From an uncultured Bacteroidaceae bacterium (lineage in GTDB: Bacteria; Bacillota; Clostridia; Christensenellales; CAG-917): 49,046 nt of DNA. A program made the position numbers and the translations under genes. The stretch lies in NCBI GenBank assembly GCA_964414205.1, contig CAYPVP010000002.1, forward strand, positions 1-49,046, given 5' to 3'. Below the pieces are notes generated by a model. It made no database searches, was not told the DNA's origin, and saw nothing but the letters and a program-made list of their open reading frames with translations. Of the stretch, positions 1 through 8,910 are shown piece by piece. How positions within the stretch are numbered: the first letter of the stretch is position 1; the number at the start of each line of letters is the position of its first letter.

Positions 1-64
1 CTTTTATTCTACCATGGTCTTGGTGAATTTTGTAATAAAATTTTACACTTTGAAAAATTCAATC

Positions 65-95
65 AAAAAGAGTATTTTGGCAATACTCTTTTTTT
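65..95. terminator. Bidirectional intrinsic terminator downstream of the lipid-kinase gene
   Basis: Stem gagtatt (70-76) pairs with aatactc (82-88) around loop ttggc. An A-run lies on one side and a T-run on the other, and the minus-strand stop is at 135. Confidence 0.6.
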
Positions 96-134
96 ATATA
101 ATAATTTGGCTGAATATGAATATGGTGTAAAAAA

Positions 135-992
135 TCAAAGGGAATTTTTTGTATTGTATTTCATTGGGTTTTTCAAAGGTGAAACATTGACTTCGAATTC
201 GCCTGCCATGTCAATTTCCTCTCCATCTATGCAAAATTTATGTTGATTGTCAAGAACAACTTTTGCTTTTTCTATTGTCCAAAAATTCAACGTGTTTCCA
301 AAATGTTCTTTTCCAAAGCCAACAAAAAAGGCTCTAAACAATGGAAAGAAAACTGCTATCTTCGCAAATAGACCTTTGCATTTCGGTGTTTTGATTGTCA
401 AAAGTTGCAATTTTTTGTCATTTGGAACAAACAACTTGTTGAATTTGAAACCAAAACATCTTGAAGAATCAATAAACATAATCAAAGTGAAATCACCTTC
501 CAAATTGCCTTTGTCGGTTTCAATTTTTGCATTGATTTTTTCAACTTTATAACTTTTAAGAACTTCAAGCCAATAGGCAAAAAATTTTAATTTTTGTTTT
601 TGTTCATTTTTTGTGGCATATCCAATTCGTGTAAAAATTCCAGTGGCAGCAACATAGGCAAATCGAACATTATTCATCATTCCACTTTCATAGATGTCAA
701 AAACATTTTTTTCAGCATTTGCCTTTTGCGATTCATTCAGCGTGCCACAAGGAGAATACAAAATTTCGATGCCATTTTTTTCTGCAATTTCAATGGCATT
801 TGAAAGAGTTCCATCGCCACCACAAATTGCAAGAACATCAGCACCTTCAACAGAATATACATCAGTTTTATTCTTCAATTCATAAACACGAAGAACTTCA
901 TATTGAGATTTTAATTGTTCAACAAAAATTTGGGTGTCAATGGAACATCCGTTACCACTCATTTTGTTGATGACAACAATGATTTTTTTCAT
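135..992 (-). CDS. Diacylglycerol/lipid kinase (DagK/YegS family)
   Basis: ORF 135..1154. The N-terminus MKKIIVVINKMSG and the ICGGDGTLSNAIE (GGDGT) motif are typical of DAGK catalytic domains. I trimmed the start to the ATG at 992, because the ORF-track start at 1154 is a TTG and the first 54 aa look non-protein-like. Confidence 0.8.
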   Translation of the reverse strand: MKKIIVVINKMSGNGCSIDTQIFVEQLKSQYEVLRVYELKNKTDVYSVEGADVLAICGGDGTLSNAIEIAEKNGIEILYSPCGTLNESQKANAEKNVFDIYESGMMNNVRFAYVAATGIFTRIGYATKNEQKQKLKFFAYWLEVLKSYKVEKINAKIETDKGNLEGDFTLIMFIDSSRCFGFKFNKLFVPNDKKLQLLTIKTPKCKGLFAKIAVFFPLFRAFFVGFGKEHFGNTLNFWTIEKAKVVLDNQHKFCIDGEEIDMAGEFEVNVSPLKNPMKYNTKNSL

Positions 993-1251
993 AATCAAAA
1001 GTATATCATTGAAAAGCAATTCAATCAAGTTATTGTCGAAAATGATGAAGATGCAAATTTTATAGTTTTGAAATGGACAAATCCAGGTTGAGTTACCTAA
1101 ACTTGTCCATACTAGAAATATTTTTTGCAACTCACCAAAAAATTTGCGTTTCAATCATAAACAGCATAAAAATATTATTTGTAAATTTTTCGCTATTATG
1201 TTATTATTGTGAATGAAAATTAGAAAAAAACATTGACAGAGGAGAATAGAT

Positions 1252-1740
1252 ATGGACAAACTTCAACAAGACATTCTTGCCCTACTACAAGAGGATGCAA
1301 GATTCTCAACTGAAAAACTTGCTCAAATGACAAATAGCGATGAATCAACGGTTGCAAATGCAATTTTAGAAATGGAAAGCAATGGAACTTTGGTTGGTTA
1401 TTCAGCGATTGTCAACAATGAAAATTTTGATGACGATGTTGTCGAAGCATTGATTGAAGTCAAAGTCACACCAGAAAAATATAAGGGTTTTGATGCAATT
1501 GCAGAAGAAATTCAAGATTTTGAAGAAGTAAAAGGACTTTATCTCATGAGTGGTGGCTATGATTTGACAGTTATGGTTGTCGGAAAAACATTGAAAGATG
1601 TGGCGATGTTTGTGTCACAAAAACTTTCAACAATAGACAATGTCATCAGCACAACAACACACTTTATTTTGAAAAAATATAAAATTGAAGGCAAATTGGT
1701 TCACAACCAAATTGATACCCGTGAAGTGGTGAATCCATAA
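1252..1740 (+). CDS. Lrp/AsnC family transcriptional regulator
   Basis: 162 aa with an N-terminal HTH (DILALLQEDARFSTEKLAQMTNSDESTVANAI) and a C-terminal AsnC-type ligand domain. GGAGAA RBS at 1241. The TAATG overlap couples it to the aminotransferase. Confidence 0.85.
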   Translation: MDKLQQDILALLQEDARFSTEKLAQMTNSDESTVANAILEMESNGTLVGYSAIVNNENFDDDVVEALIEVKVTPEKYKGFDAIAEEIQDFEEVKGLYLMSGGYDLTVMVVGKTLKDVAMFVSQKLSTIDNVISTTTHFILKKYKIEGKLVHNQIDTREVVNP

Positions 1741-2924
1741 TGATAGATTACAGCAAAATTTTAAGCAAAAACGCACAATCGCTTCAACCATCAGGAATTA
1801 GAAAATTTTTTGATGTTGCCGCAGAAATTGAAGGTGTCATCTCTTTGGGTGTTGGTGAGCCTGATTTTGTCACACCATGGAGCGTAAGAAATTCTGCAAT
1901 CAAAAGCATTCAAAAAGGTTTGACTCAATACACCTCTAATGCAGGACTTCCAAAACTTAGAGAACTGATTGCAAAATATCTCAAAACAACCATCAATTTG
2001 ACCTATGACCCAAAAAGTGAAATCATTGTGACAGTTGGGGCAAGTGAAGCCATTGACATTTCTTTGAGAGCCATTTTGAATGAAGGCGATGAAGTGTTGC
2101 TTCCTGAGCCAAGTTATGTTTCATATTCCCCTTGTGTAACGCTGTGCAATGGTGTTGCAGTCAAAATCAAAACATCTGCTGAGAAACTTTTCAGAATTGA
2201 TGCTGAGTCTATTGAAGAAGCAATCACACCAAAAACAAAAGCAATCATACTTCCATATCCAAACAATCCAACTGGCGCAATCATGCAACAAAAAGACTTG
2301 GAAGCAATCGCACCAATCATCATCAAACACAATCTCATTGTCATTTCAGATGAAATTTATTCTGAACTAACCTATGATGGCAATCATACTTCAATTGCAA
2401 GCATTGACGGAATGCAAGAAAGAACAATTGTAATCAATGGTTTTTCAAAGTCTTTTGCAATGACAGGTTGGAGAATTGGCTATTTGGCAGGTCCAAAAGA
2501 ACTTGTAAAAACAATGCTAAAAATTCATCAATACATGATTATGTGTGCTTCAACCTGTGGTCAATATGCTGCATTGACAGCACTTGATGAAGGTTTTGAA
2601 AACAACTTTGCTGTTGTTTCAGAAATGCGTGAACAATACAACAAACGCCGTAATTTCTTGGTGAAAAGGCTGAATGAAATGGGACTGACATGTTTTGAAC
2701 CAAAAGGTGCATTTTATGTTTTTCCTTCTGTCAAATCAACAGGCATGAACGGTGAAGAATTTGCAAACAAACTTTTGAAAGAAGAAAAGGTTGCAGTTGT
2801 TCCTGGTTCAGCATTTGGAGAATGTGGTCAAGATTACATTCGCATTTCATACGCCTATTCAATGTCATCACTTGACACAGCATTAGGCAGAATTGAAAAA
2901 TTTATGAAAAAATATAAAATTTAG
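1740..2924 (+). CDS. Class I/II PLP-dependent aminotransferase (aspartate/aromatic type)
   Basis: 394 aa with the PLP-lysine motif SKSFAMTGWRIGY and PNNPTG. The AsnC plus aminotransferase pairing is common in Firmicutes. Confidence 0.88.
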   Translation: MIDYSKILSKNAQSLQPSGIRKFFDVAAEIEGVISLGVGEPDFVTPWSVRNSAIKSIQKGLTQYTSNAGLPKLRELIAKYLKTTINLTYDPKSEIIVTVGASEAIDISLRAILNEGDEVLLPEPSYVSYSPCVTLCNGVAVKIKTSAEKLFRIDAESIEEAITPKTKAIILPYPNNPTGAIMQQKDLEAIAPIIIKHNLIVISDEIYSELTYDGNHTSIASIDGMQERTIVINGFSKSFAMTGWRIGYLAGPKELVKTMLKIHQYMIMCASTCGQYAALTALDEGFENNFAVVSEMREQYNKRRNFLVKRLNEMGLTCFEPKGAFYVFPSVKSTGMNGEEFANKLLKEEKVAVVPGSAFGECGQDYIRISYAYSMSSLDTALGRIEKFMKKYKI

Positions 2925-3065
2925 TTTTTGCAAAAATAAGTTTACTGTTATTCTTCAAATTTTCTCTCAAATGCAAATTGAAGATTGAATTTAATCAAAT
3001 TTCAGACATATTTTAATTGTCCATATACCAAAGTTTGGTTCATAAGTTTGTTTATAAGATTATTT

Positions 3066-3096
3066 AAAGCGTTTCAAATGAAACGCTTTTCTTTTA
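3066..3096 (+). terminator. Intrinsic terminator for the aminotransferase operon
   Basis: agcgtttc (3068-3075), loop aaat, gaaacgct (3080-3087), followed by ttttctttt. Confidence 0.65.
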
Positions 3097-3123
3097 CAAA
3101 AAAGCCACTGTTTCCAGTGGCTT
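3097..3123 (-). terminator. Intrinsic terminator for the phosphoesterase gene
   Basis: agccactg (3103-3110), loop tttc, cagtggct (3115-3122). A T-run follows on the minus strand (aaaaaa at 3098-3103 on plus). The gene stop is at 3154. Confidence 0.65.
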
Positions 3124-3153
3124 ACATCAACTATTGTGATTTTCTGTGTCAAT

Positions 3154-4596
3154 TTAGTTCAATACGATTTGGTCGTCTTTTACAATATTATATTCAATCC
3201 AATCTTTAAGGTTTGTCATTTCAATGTCGTAGGTTGTCAAACTTCCTGTTTCAGCATTCAAATCAACAATTCTTCCACCTCTTGGATATGAATCGCTAAT
3301 GCCAGGATACCATCCACAACCAAAACCAGATTGGCGTGACATTGCAAGCATAACTTGATAGTCATCATTTGCTTGTGGTTGATAAATTCCTGCTGCACTG
3401 CTCAAATGGTCATGTCCAACAAAAATGCCTTTGATGTCCTTTCTTGCGAGCATAACATTTGTAAAATTGAAAACATTTGCATCTTTCACTGCATAGCCAA
3501 CTTGTTCTTTTGTTTCGCCATTGTGACCTTTGTATTCAATGGTTTTTGCACCATTTTCAACAGCAAGAGCAAAATTTTCATGAATATAAGAATAGTCATA
3601 ATAACTGTTTTCAACTTTTGTTTGATTTGCGTTGTTTTTAAACTCAGTCATGAAGTGGAAAAGTGGTGTTGCAATGTGTGTAAACATCATTTGGTCAACC
3701 TTTTGTCCTCCGTTCATTGCTTTGAGTTTTTCACCTTGTGCAACATAGAAATCAATTTGTGCTTGGTCGATTGCTTCATAGCCACCTGACATAACCGAAG
3801 TTTTTGTGTCAAGGCAAAGCAAGTTTGAAACAATTTTGCCATTTTGGTCAAAAACTGGAATTGATATGTCAGCAACCAAAGCATCTGTTTTGTTCATTAT
3901 GTCAAAACAAGCATTGCTTTCATATCCTCCCCAAAAGTTTGCTTTTCCGACATAGCAGTCATAAAGTTCTTTTGGTGTAGTTTTTGTTGGGCCACCTGCA
4001 TCATGATTTCCAAAAACAGTTGTCCAAGGAATTCCAAATGAGCCAATGAGTTTGGCAATTTGTGTGTGATATTCAAGCAAAGTAGATTTTTTAAGCACCA
4101 TTTCACTGCTTGTGTTGTCCCCTGTCAAAACAATAAAATCAGGGTTTGCATCTTTCACCATTGCTGAAAGAAGTGCTGCATCATAATCTTTGATGTTTCC
4201 TGATGTTCCGCTGTATTGTGGGTCTGCAATTTGCAAAACACGCAATTTGCCATTTGGTGTTGTCAAAGGACCTTGACTTTCATCAAATGAAAATTTTGCA
4301 TATGCAGTGAGTGTACTATTCGACTTTGCCAATTCTTTTCCTGTTTCAATTGTTGCAGGTTGCTTCCAAACATTTTTGTCCCAAAACCATCCTTGAAAAA
4401 CGTTTCCTTGTTTTTCTGGATTTTGAGGTTCAACGAAGTCTGCTTCTGATTTGACAGTGATACTATAATAGGTGTCTCCGTCAACATCAAAATTGATTGT
4501 CAAGCCACTGCTGTCACAAGCAGCAAAAGTGATGGCAATCAAAGCAACAAGAAGTGTCAAAAGTAAAATTCTAGCAATTTTTCTGTGTTGTTTCAT
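3154..4596 (-). CDS. Lipoprotein: Listeria-Bacteroides repeat (Flg_new) domain plus calcineurin-like metallophosphoesterase
   Basis: Signal peptide with a lipobox (LIAITFAAC). The repeat signature is NVFQGWFWDKN...LTAYAKF. Metallophosphoesterase motifs are LTGDN, GNHD and GHDH. ATG at 4596 has a GGAGAGGAG RBS. Confidence 0.8.
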   Translation of the reverse strand: MKQHRKIARILLLTLLVALIAITFAACDSSGLTINFDVDGDTYYSITVKSEADFVEPQNPEKQGNVFQGWFWDKNVWKQPATIETGKELAKSNSTLTAYAKFSFDESQGPLTTPNGKLRVLQIADPQYSGTSGNIKDYDAALLSAMVKDANPDFIVLTGDNTSSEMVLKKSTLLEYHTQIAKLIGSFGIPWTTVFGNHDAGGPTKTTPKELYDCYVGKANFWGGYESNACFDIMNKTDALVADISIPVFDQNGKIVSNLLCLDTKTSVMSGGYEAIDQAQIDFYVAQGEKLKAMNGGQKVDQMMFTHIATPLFHFMTEFKNNANQTKVENSYYDYSYIHENFALAVENGAKTIEYKGHNGETKEQVGYAVKDANVFNFTNVMLARKDIKGIFVGHDHLSSAAGIYQPQANDDYQVMLAMSRQSGFGCGWYPGISDSYPRGGRIVDLNAETGSLTTYDIEMTNLKDWIEYNIVKDDQIVLN

Positions 4597-4773
4597 TATA
4601 ACTCCTCTCCATTTTCACAATAGTGACTATACGATAGTAGCATATTTGTTTGCAAAATGGAACACTCAAAAAAAGAAAACTGTCAAATTTTGCATAATTT
4701 TTTCTTTTCGGCATATTCTTTCAAAAATCGACATAACTCGCATATTTTGAATGAAATTATATTTTTATTATAA

Positions 4774-4804
4774 CTAAAAAAACCACCATATGGTGGTTTT
4801 TTTG
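4774..4804. terminator. Bidirectional intrinsic terminator after cspA-like gene
   Basis: Perfect palindrome aaccaccat/atggtggtt (4781-4798) flanked by an A-run and a T-run. Confidence 0.75.
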
Positions 4805-4822
4805 TTTTGTTTTGTTCAGTTC

Positions 4823-5032
4823 TTAGATTGCTCTAACATTAACTGCACGCATTCTTGACTTGTTCTTTTTGTCTGGTTCAATATCGAATTGAACTTTTTG
4901 TCCGTCTGACAATGATTTGTATCCGTCGCCAGTGATTGATGAATAGTGAACAAAAATATCTTCACCACCTTCTTCATTTGCGATGAAACCAAATCCTTTT
5001 GTAGCGTTAAACCATTTGACTGTTCCTTGCAT
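4823..5032 (-). CDS. cspA: Cold-shock protein (CspA family)
   Basis: 69 aa, [17 protein letters not shown]...DIFVHYSSI, containing the RNP-1 and RNP-2 motifs. AGGAGG RBS. Confidence 0.95.
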   Translation of the reverse strand: MQGTVKWFNATKGFGFIANEEGGEDIFVHYSSITGDGYKSLSDGQKVQFDIEPDKKNKSRMRAVNVRAI

Positions 5033-5128
5033 AGTATGAGACCTCCTTCCGTAATTCTATCTCGGCTAAATATTGCTAGCGAGAGAAAAACATCCGTTCG
5101 CAAGGCACAAATCAACTTCGATAAAAAG

Positions 5129-5157
5129 ATTATATCACATTAAAATTTTAATAGCAA
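5129..5157 (-). promoter_or_regulatory. Candidate sigma-A promoter for cspA with about a 90-nt leader
   Basis: Minus strand reads TTGCTA, 17 nt, TGaTATAAT (extended -10). A long 5' UTR is typical for csp genes. Confidence 0.5.
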
Positions 5158-5166
5158 TAAAGAAAT

Positions 5167-6108
5167 TTATATTTTTATAATATTTTGTGGTTTTCCATTT
5201 ATAAACATTTCAACATTTTGAATTACAATCTCAAAAAGTCTTTTTCTTGCTTCAAATGACATCCAAGCAATGTGTGGAGTGACCAAAATGTTTTTTGCAA
5301 AAAGCAAAGCATTGTCATCTTTTGGAGGCTCTTTTGAGAGTACATCTACTCCTGCGCCTGCAATTCGCTCACAATTCAAAAAATCTGCCAACGCATTTTC
5401 ATCAATCAAGCCACCACGAGAAGTGTTCAACAAAAATGCTGTTTGTTTCATTTTTGACAAGAATGAAGCATCAACCATTTTTTCATTGTCCTTGTCTAGT
5501 GCCAAGTGCAAAGAAACAACATCAGAATTGTTCAACAAGTAATCTAAATTGACTGTGTCTGCTTTTGGAGTTCTGTTCCATTTCAAAACTTTCATTCCAA
5601 AAGCATGTGCAATTTTTTCTACACTTCTTCCAATGTTGCCATAGCCAACAATTCCAAAAGTTTTGCCTGAAAGTTCAATGATTTTTTGAGTTTGAAAACA
5701 AAAATCTTTTGACTTTGACCATTCTCCATTTCTTGTTGCCAAAGAATGTTGCCCCACTGCACAACAAAGTTCCAACAACAAGGCAAATGTGAGTTGAGCA
5801 ACACTGTCTGTGCTGTATTGTGGCACATTTGAAACAAGGACTCCGTGTTTGTTTGCTTCTTTCAAATCAATTGTGTTGAAGCCTGTTGCCAAAACAGCAA
5901 CAAATTTCAAGTTTGGACAATTTTCAAAAACTTCTTTTGTCATCAATACTTTGTTTGTCAAAACAATGTCAGCATCTCCAATTCTTGAAATCGCATCTTC
6001 TTGTTTTGTGTTTGAATAGGAAATTACTTCTCCATATGGTTTCAAACGACTTTCAAAATTTAGTTCGTTCTGTTCGACGGCATGTGTGTCAAGAGCAACT
6101 ATTTTCAT
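5167..6108 (-). CDS. D-isomer-specific 2-hydroxyacid dehydrogenase (glycerate dehydrogenase-like)
   Basis: NAD-binding motif GIVGYGNIGRSV, then RGGLID, then the catalytic-histidine region VTPHIAW. Start set to the ATG at 6108 (MKIVALD) with a GGAGA RBS. Confidence 0.85.
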   Translation of the reverse strand: MKIVALDTHAVEQNELNFESRLKPYGEVISYSNTKQEDAISRIGDADIVLTNKVLMTKEVFENCPNLKFVAVLATGFNTIDLKEANKHGVLVSNVPQYSTDSVAQLTFALLLELCCAVGQHSLATRNGEWSKSKDFCFQTQKIIELSGKTFGIVGYGNIGRSVEKIAHAFGMKVLKWNRTPKADTVNLDYLLNNSDVVSLHLALDKDNEKMVDASFLSKMKQTAFLLNTSRGGLIDENALADFLNCERIAGAGVDVLSKEPPKDDNALLFAKNILVTPHIAWMSFEARKRLFEIVIQNVEMFINGKPQNIIKI

Positions 6109-6218
6109 ATTATCTCCAATTTTTTTCAATGATAGCACCTATCCAGCATTTTTTCAACTCAATTTTTTTGTTGCAACTTTCACATGCAACATTTTACAAT
6201 TTGTTGTGGCAAATTAGG

Positions 6219-6247
6219 TTGAGAAATTTCAAGCATAAGAGTATAAT
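6219..6247 (+). promoter_or_regulatory. Candidate sigma-A promoter for the MATE gene
   Basis: TTGAGA (6219-6224), 17 nt, TATAAT (6242-6247), 27 nt upstream of the ATG at 6274. Confidence 0.5.
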
Positions 6248-6273
6248 ACTTTCAAATTTACAAAGGAAATAAT

Positions 6274-7620
6274 ATGAAAGACTTAACCATTGGAAAGCCA
6301 TCAAAAGTCATTTTGGGACTTTCTCTGCCAATTTTAATGAGTGTAATTTTTCAACAAATCTATTCGCTTGCTGATTCAATCATTGTTGGAAAATTCGTTG
6401 GTGAAAACGCTCTTGCATCAATCGGTGCAACTTTTCCAATATCCATGATTTTTATGGCATTTGCCATTGGATTTGGCGTTGGTTCAAGCATTTTGATTTC
6501 CAAATTTTTTGGAGAAAAAGAACTTTTAAAAGTCAAAACTGGTGTCTCCACAATTCTTGTGTCAGGTTTTGTTTTGGCAATAATTCTTTTCACAATTGGA
6601 ATTTTGCTTTCAAGTTCATTGCTCAAACTCATACAAACTCCACAATCAATTTTTGCTGATGCAAAAATCTATCTTGACATCACTCTTTACAGTTTCACAT
6701 TTGTGATGTTCTACAACATCGTAAATTCAATTTTCACGGCACTTGGCGATTCAGTGACGCCTTTGATATTTTTGATTATTTCATCAATCATAAACATTGT
6801 TTTAGACTTGATTTTTGTTTTGGTTTTTCATTGGGGAGTTGCAGGAGCAGCGTGGGCTACATTCATTTCCCAAGTCTTTTGTTCAGTTTTGTCAATGGTC
6901 ATTTTGCTTATCAAAGTTTCAAAACTGACAACAGAAAAAGCAAAGTGGTTTGACAAAAAAATGTTGAAAGACATTTGTTTGTTTTCATTTCCAAGCATAT
7001 TGCAACAATGCTTCATTTCATTTGGCAATTTGTTTGTTCAATTTGTCATCAACGGTTTTGGAGAAAGTGTCATTGCAGGTTTTACGGCAGCAATCAAACT
7101 CAACACTTTTGCAATGATGTCTGTCACCACAATGGAAAACTCAATGTCTTCCTACACGGCACAAAATCATGCAGCAGGAAAACACGACAGAATCAAAAAA
7201 GGATATGGCATAGCATTGCTTCTTGGTGTCATAATTTGTTTTTGTTTTGCAATTCCATATGTAGCAGCAGCAAAACCAATCATAGGTTTGTTTTTGAAAA
7301 ACCAAAATGCCGAAGCATTGCAAACAGGTGGAATGTTCCTTTTCATTGTTGCTCCGTTCTATCCTCTCATTTCAACCAAAATCACTTCCGACAACATTTT
7401 GCGTGGAATGAACCACATGAAGATGTTTATGACAGCAACCTTGACAGACCTTGTTTTGAGAGCCATTCTAACATATGTGTTCAGCCGTTTTTGGGGAGCA
7501 ATTGGAATTTGCATATCATGGCCAATTGGCTGGGTGATTGGCACAGCAATGTCGGTAGGCTTCGTTTTGACAGACAAAAAATTGTTTGAAAGAAAAAATA
7601 AAAAATTAAGCAAAAATTGA
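6274..7620 (+). CDS. MATE family efflux transporter
   Basis: 448 aa and about 12 TM segments. The N-terminus KVILGLSLPILMSVIFQQIYSLADSIIVGKFVG is typical of MatE repeats. Confidence 0.88.
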   Translation: MKDLTIGKPSKVILGLSLPILMSVIFQQIYSLADSIIVGKFVGENALASIGATFPISMIFMAFAIGFGVGSSILISKFFGEKELLKVKTGVSTILVSGFVLAIILFTIGILLSSSLLKLIQTPQSIFADAKIYLDITLYSFTFVMFYNIVNSIFTALGDSVTPLIFLIISSIINIVLDLIFVLVFHWGVAGAAWATFISQVFCSVLSMVILLIKVSKLTTEKAKWFDKKMLKDICLFSFPSILQQCFISFGNLFVQFVINGFGESVIAGFTAAIKLNTFAMMSVTTMENSMSSYTAQNHAAGKHDRIKKGYGIALLLGVIICFCFAIPYVAAAKPIIGLFLKNQNAEALQTGGMFLFIVAPFYPLISTKITSDNILRGMNHMKMFMTATLTDLVLRAILTYVFSRFWGAIGICISWPIGWVIGTAMSVGFVLTDKKLFERKNKKLSKN

Positions 7621-7700
7621 AAATTGCATTTTAATTAAAAAAAGCATACATTAGAATGTATTGAATTGAAAATGTTTTGTAATGAAAAGATTTTGAATTG

Positions 7701-7729
7701 AAAAAGGGAGATATAATCTCCCTTTTTTT
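7701..7729. terminator. Bidirectional intrinsic terminator between convergent MATE and rimI genes
   Basis: aaaaa-gggaga-ttataa-tctccc-ttttttt. Confidence 0.75.
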
Positions 7730-7895
7730 GTTATCGCAAATTGAATTTTGCAAAGACTTTTTCTCAAAACTCGCTTTAATTCATCATCATTTTGCAATTT
7801 GAAATGTTGCCACATAACTTGTAAATCAAAATTAGTTTGCATCAAAAAATCATATTTGCAAATTTCTTGCAAAAAACTTGTTCTACACAAATTTT

Positions 7896-8330
7896 TCATT
7901 TTAGGTCAGCCCACATTATGATTGCATCTGAGCCATCGCTATAATAGTTTTTGCGAATTCCAGCCGTCGCAAAGCCATATTGTTCATAAAGACTAAATGC
8001 AACAACATTGTTGACACTGACTTCAAGTGTTGCCTTGTCAATGCCAAGCAGTTTTGCTTTTGCAATCATATGCGACAGCAACAACTTTCCATAGCCACAC
8101 CCACGAAACTCTTTTTTGACAGCAATGTTCATGATGTGTGCTTCATCAAAACTTTGGTGAAACCCTCCATAGCACACAACTTTGTCATCAACAACTCCAA
8201 CAATATAGTGCGCATATTCAGATGCCAATTCAGGAATGAACATGTTGATTGTCCATGGTGATGCAAAGGCTTCACTTTCAATTTCTGCCATTTGTGACAA
8301 ATGTTCAAATTTTAGTTTCTCAAATTTCAT
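7896..8330 (-). CDS. rimI: Ribosomal-protein-alanine N-acetyltransferase
   Basis: 144-aa GNAT with acetyl-CoA motif RGCGYGKLLL. It overlaps the tsaB stop and follows the conserved tsaE-tsaB-rimI order. Confidence 0.85.
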   Translation of the reverse strand: MKFEKLKFEHLSQMAEIESEAFASPWTINMFIPELASEYAHYIVGVVDDKVVCYGGFHQSFDEAHIMNIAVKKEFRGCGYGKLLLSHMIAKAKLLGIDKATLEVSVNNVVAFSLYEQYGFATAGIRKNYYSDGSDAIIMWADLK

Positions 8331-8898
8331 CTTTGGCTCTTTCGGCTTGCGATTTTCTCAAATACAATGGTCTGAGTTGTTCCACAAAGTCACCATTTTC
8401 AAATTTCTTTCTTGAAATCTCATCCAAAGAGAATGCAAATTCATCATAGTCTTCTTGTTTGACAACTTTTTGACAATTTGGAATGTCATTTGTTTCAAAA
8501 TAGTCCATGCTTTGCAATTTTCCATTTTCAAAAAATGCTCCAAAAACATTGCCGTGAAGTGCAGGAACTGTGCAGAAGACTTTTTCTTCAATTCCACATG
8601 CCAAAAGTTCAAAAGAATTGATTTCTATTCGTTTTGCACCTGTGCCCATTGCAATGGCATTTGCTGTTGCCGTTCCAATTCGTATGCCTGTGAATGAGCC
8701 AGGGCCCGTGACAACTGCCACTGCATCCAAATCATTTGGAGTCAATTCATAGTATTCCATCATTTCATCAATGCAAGGAAGCAAACTTGAAGAATGTCCT
8801 CTTTTGTTTGCTTCGCTTTCATGCACAATGAAATTGTCGTTCTTTATCAAAACAACCAATAGTTGTTCTCTTGTTGAGTCAATAGCCAATATATTCAT
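8320..8898 (-). CDS. tsaB: tRNA t6A biosynthesis protein TsaB
   Basis: ILAIDSTREQLLV and GPGSFTGIRIG motifs. Confidence 0.88.
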   Translation of the reverse strand: MNILAIDSTREQLLVVLIKNDNFIVHESEANKRGHSSSLLPCIDEMMEYYELTPNDLDAVAVVTGPGSFTGIRIGTATANAIAMGTGAKRIEINSFELLACGIEEKVFCTVPALHGNVFGAFFENGKLQSMDYFETNDIPNCQKVVKQEDYDEFAFSLDEISRKKFENGDFVEQLRPLYLRKSQAERAKDEI

Positions 8899-8910
8899 AG
8901 CAAAAGTATA

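Noticed and set aside
6975-7589. 204-aa plus-strand ORF in an alternative frame of the MATE gene
   Set aside because: It lies entirely within the well-supported MATE reading frame. Its His/Cys/Phe-rich composition is typical of an off-frame translation.
7651-7899. 82-aa minus-strand ORF downstream of rimI
   Set aside because: It runs straight through a strong bidirectional terminator hairpin (7701..7729) and has odd composition and no RBS, so it is most likely non-coding.
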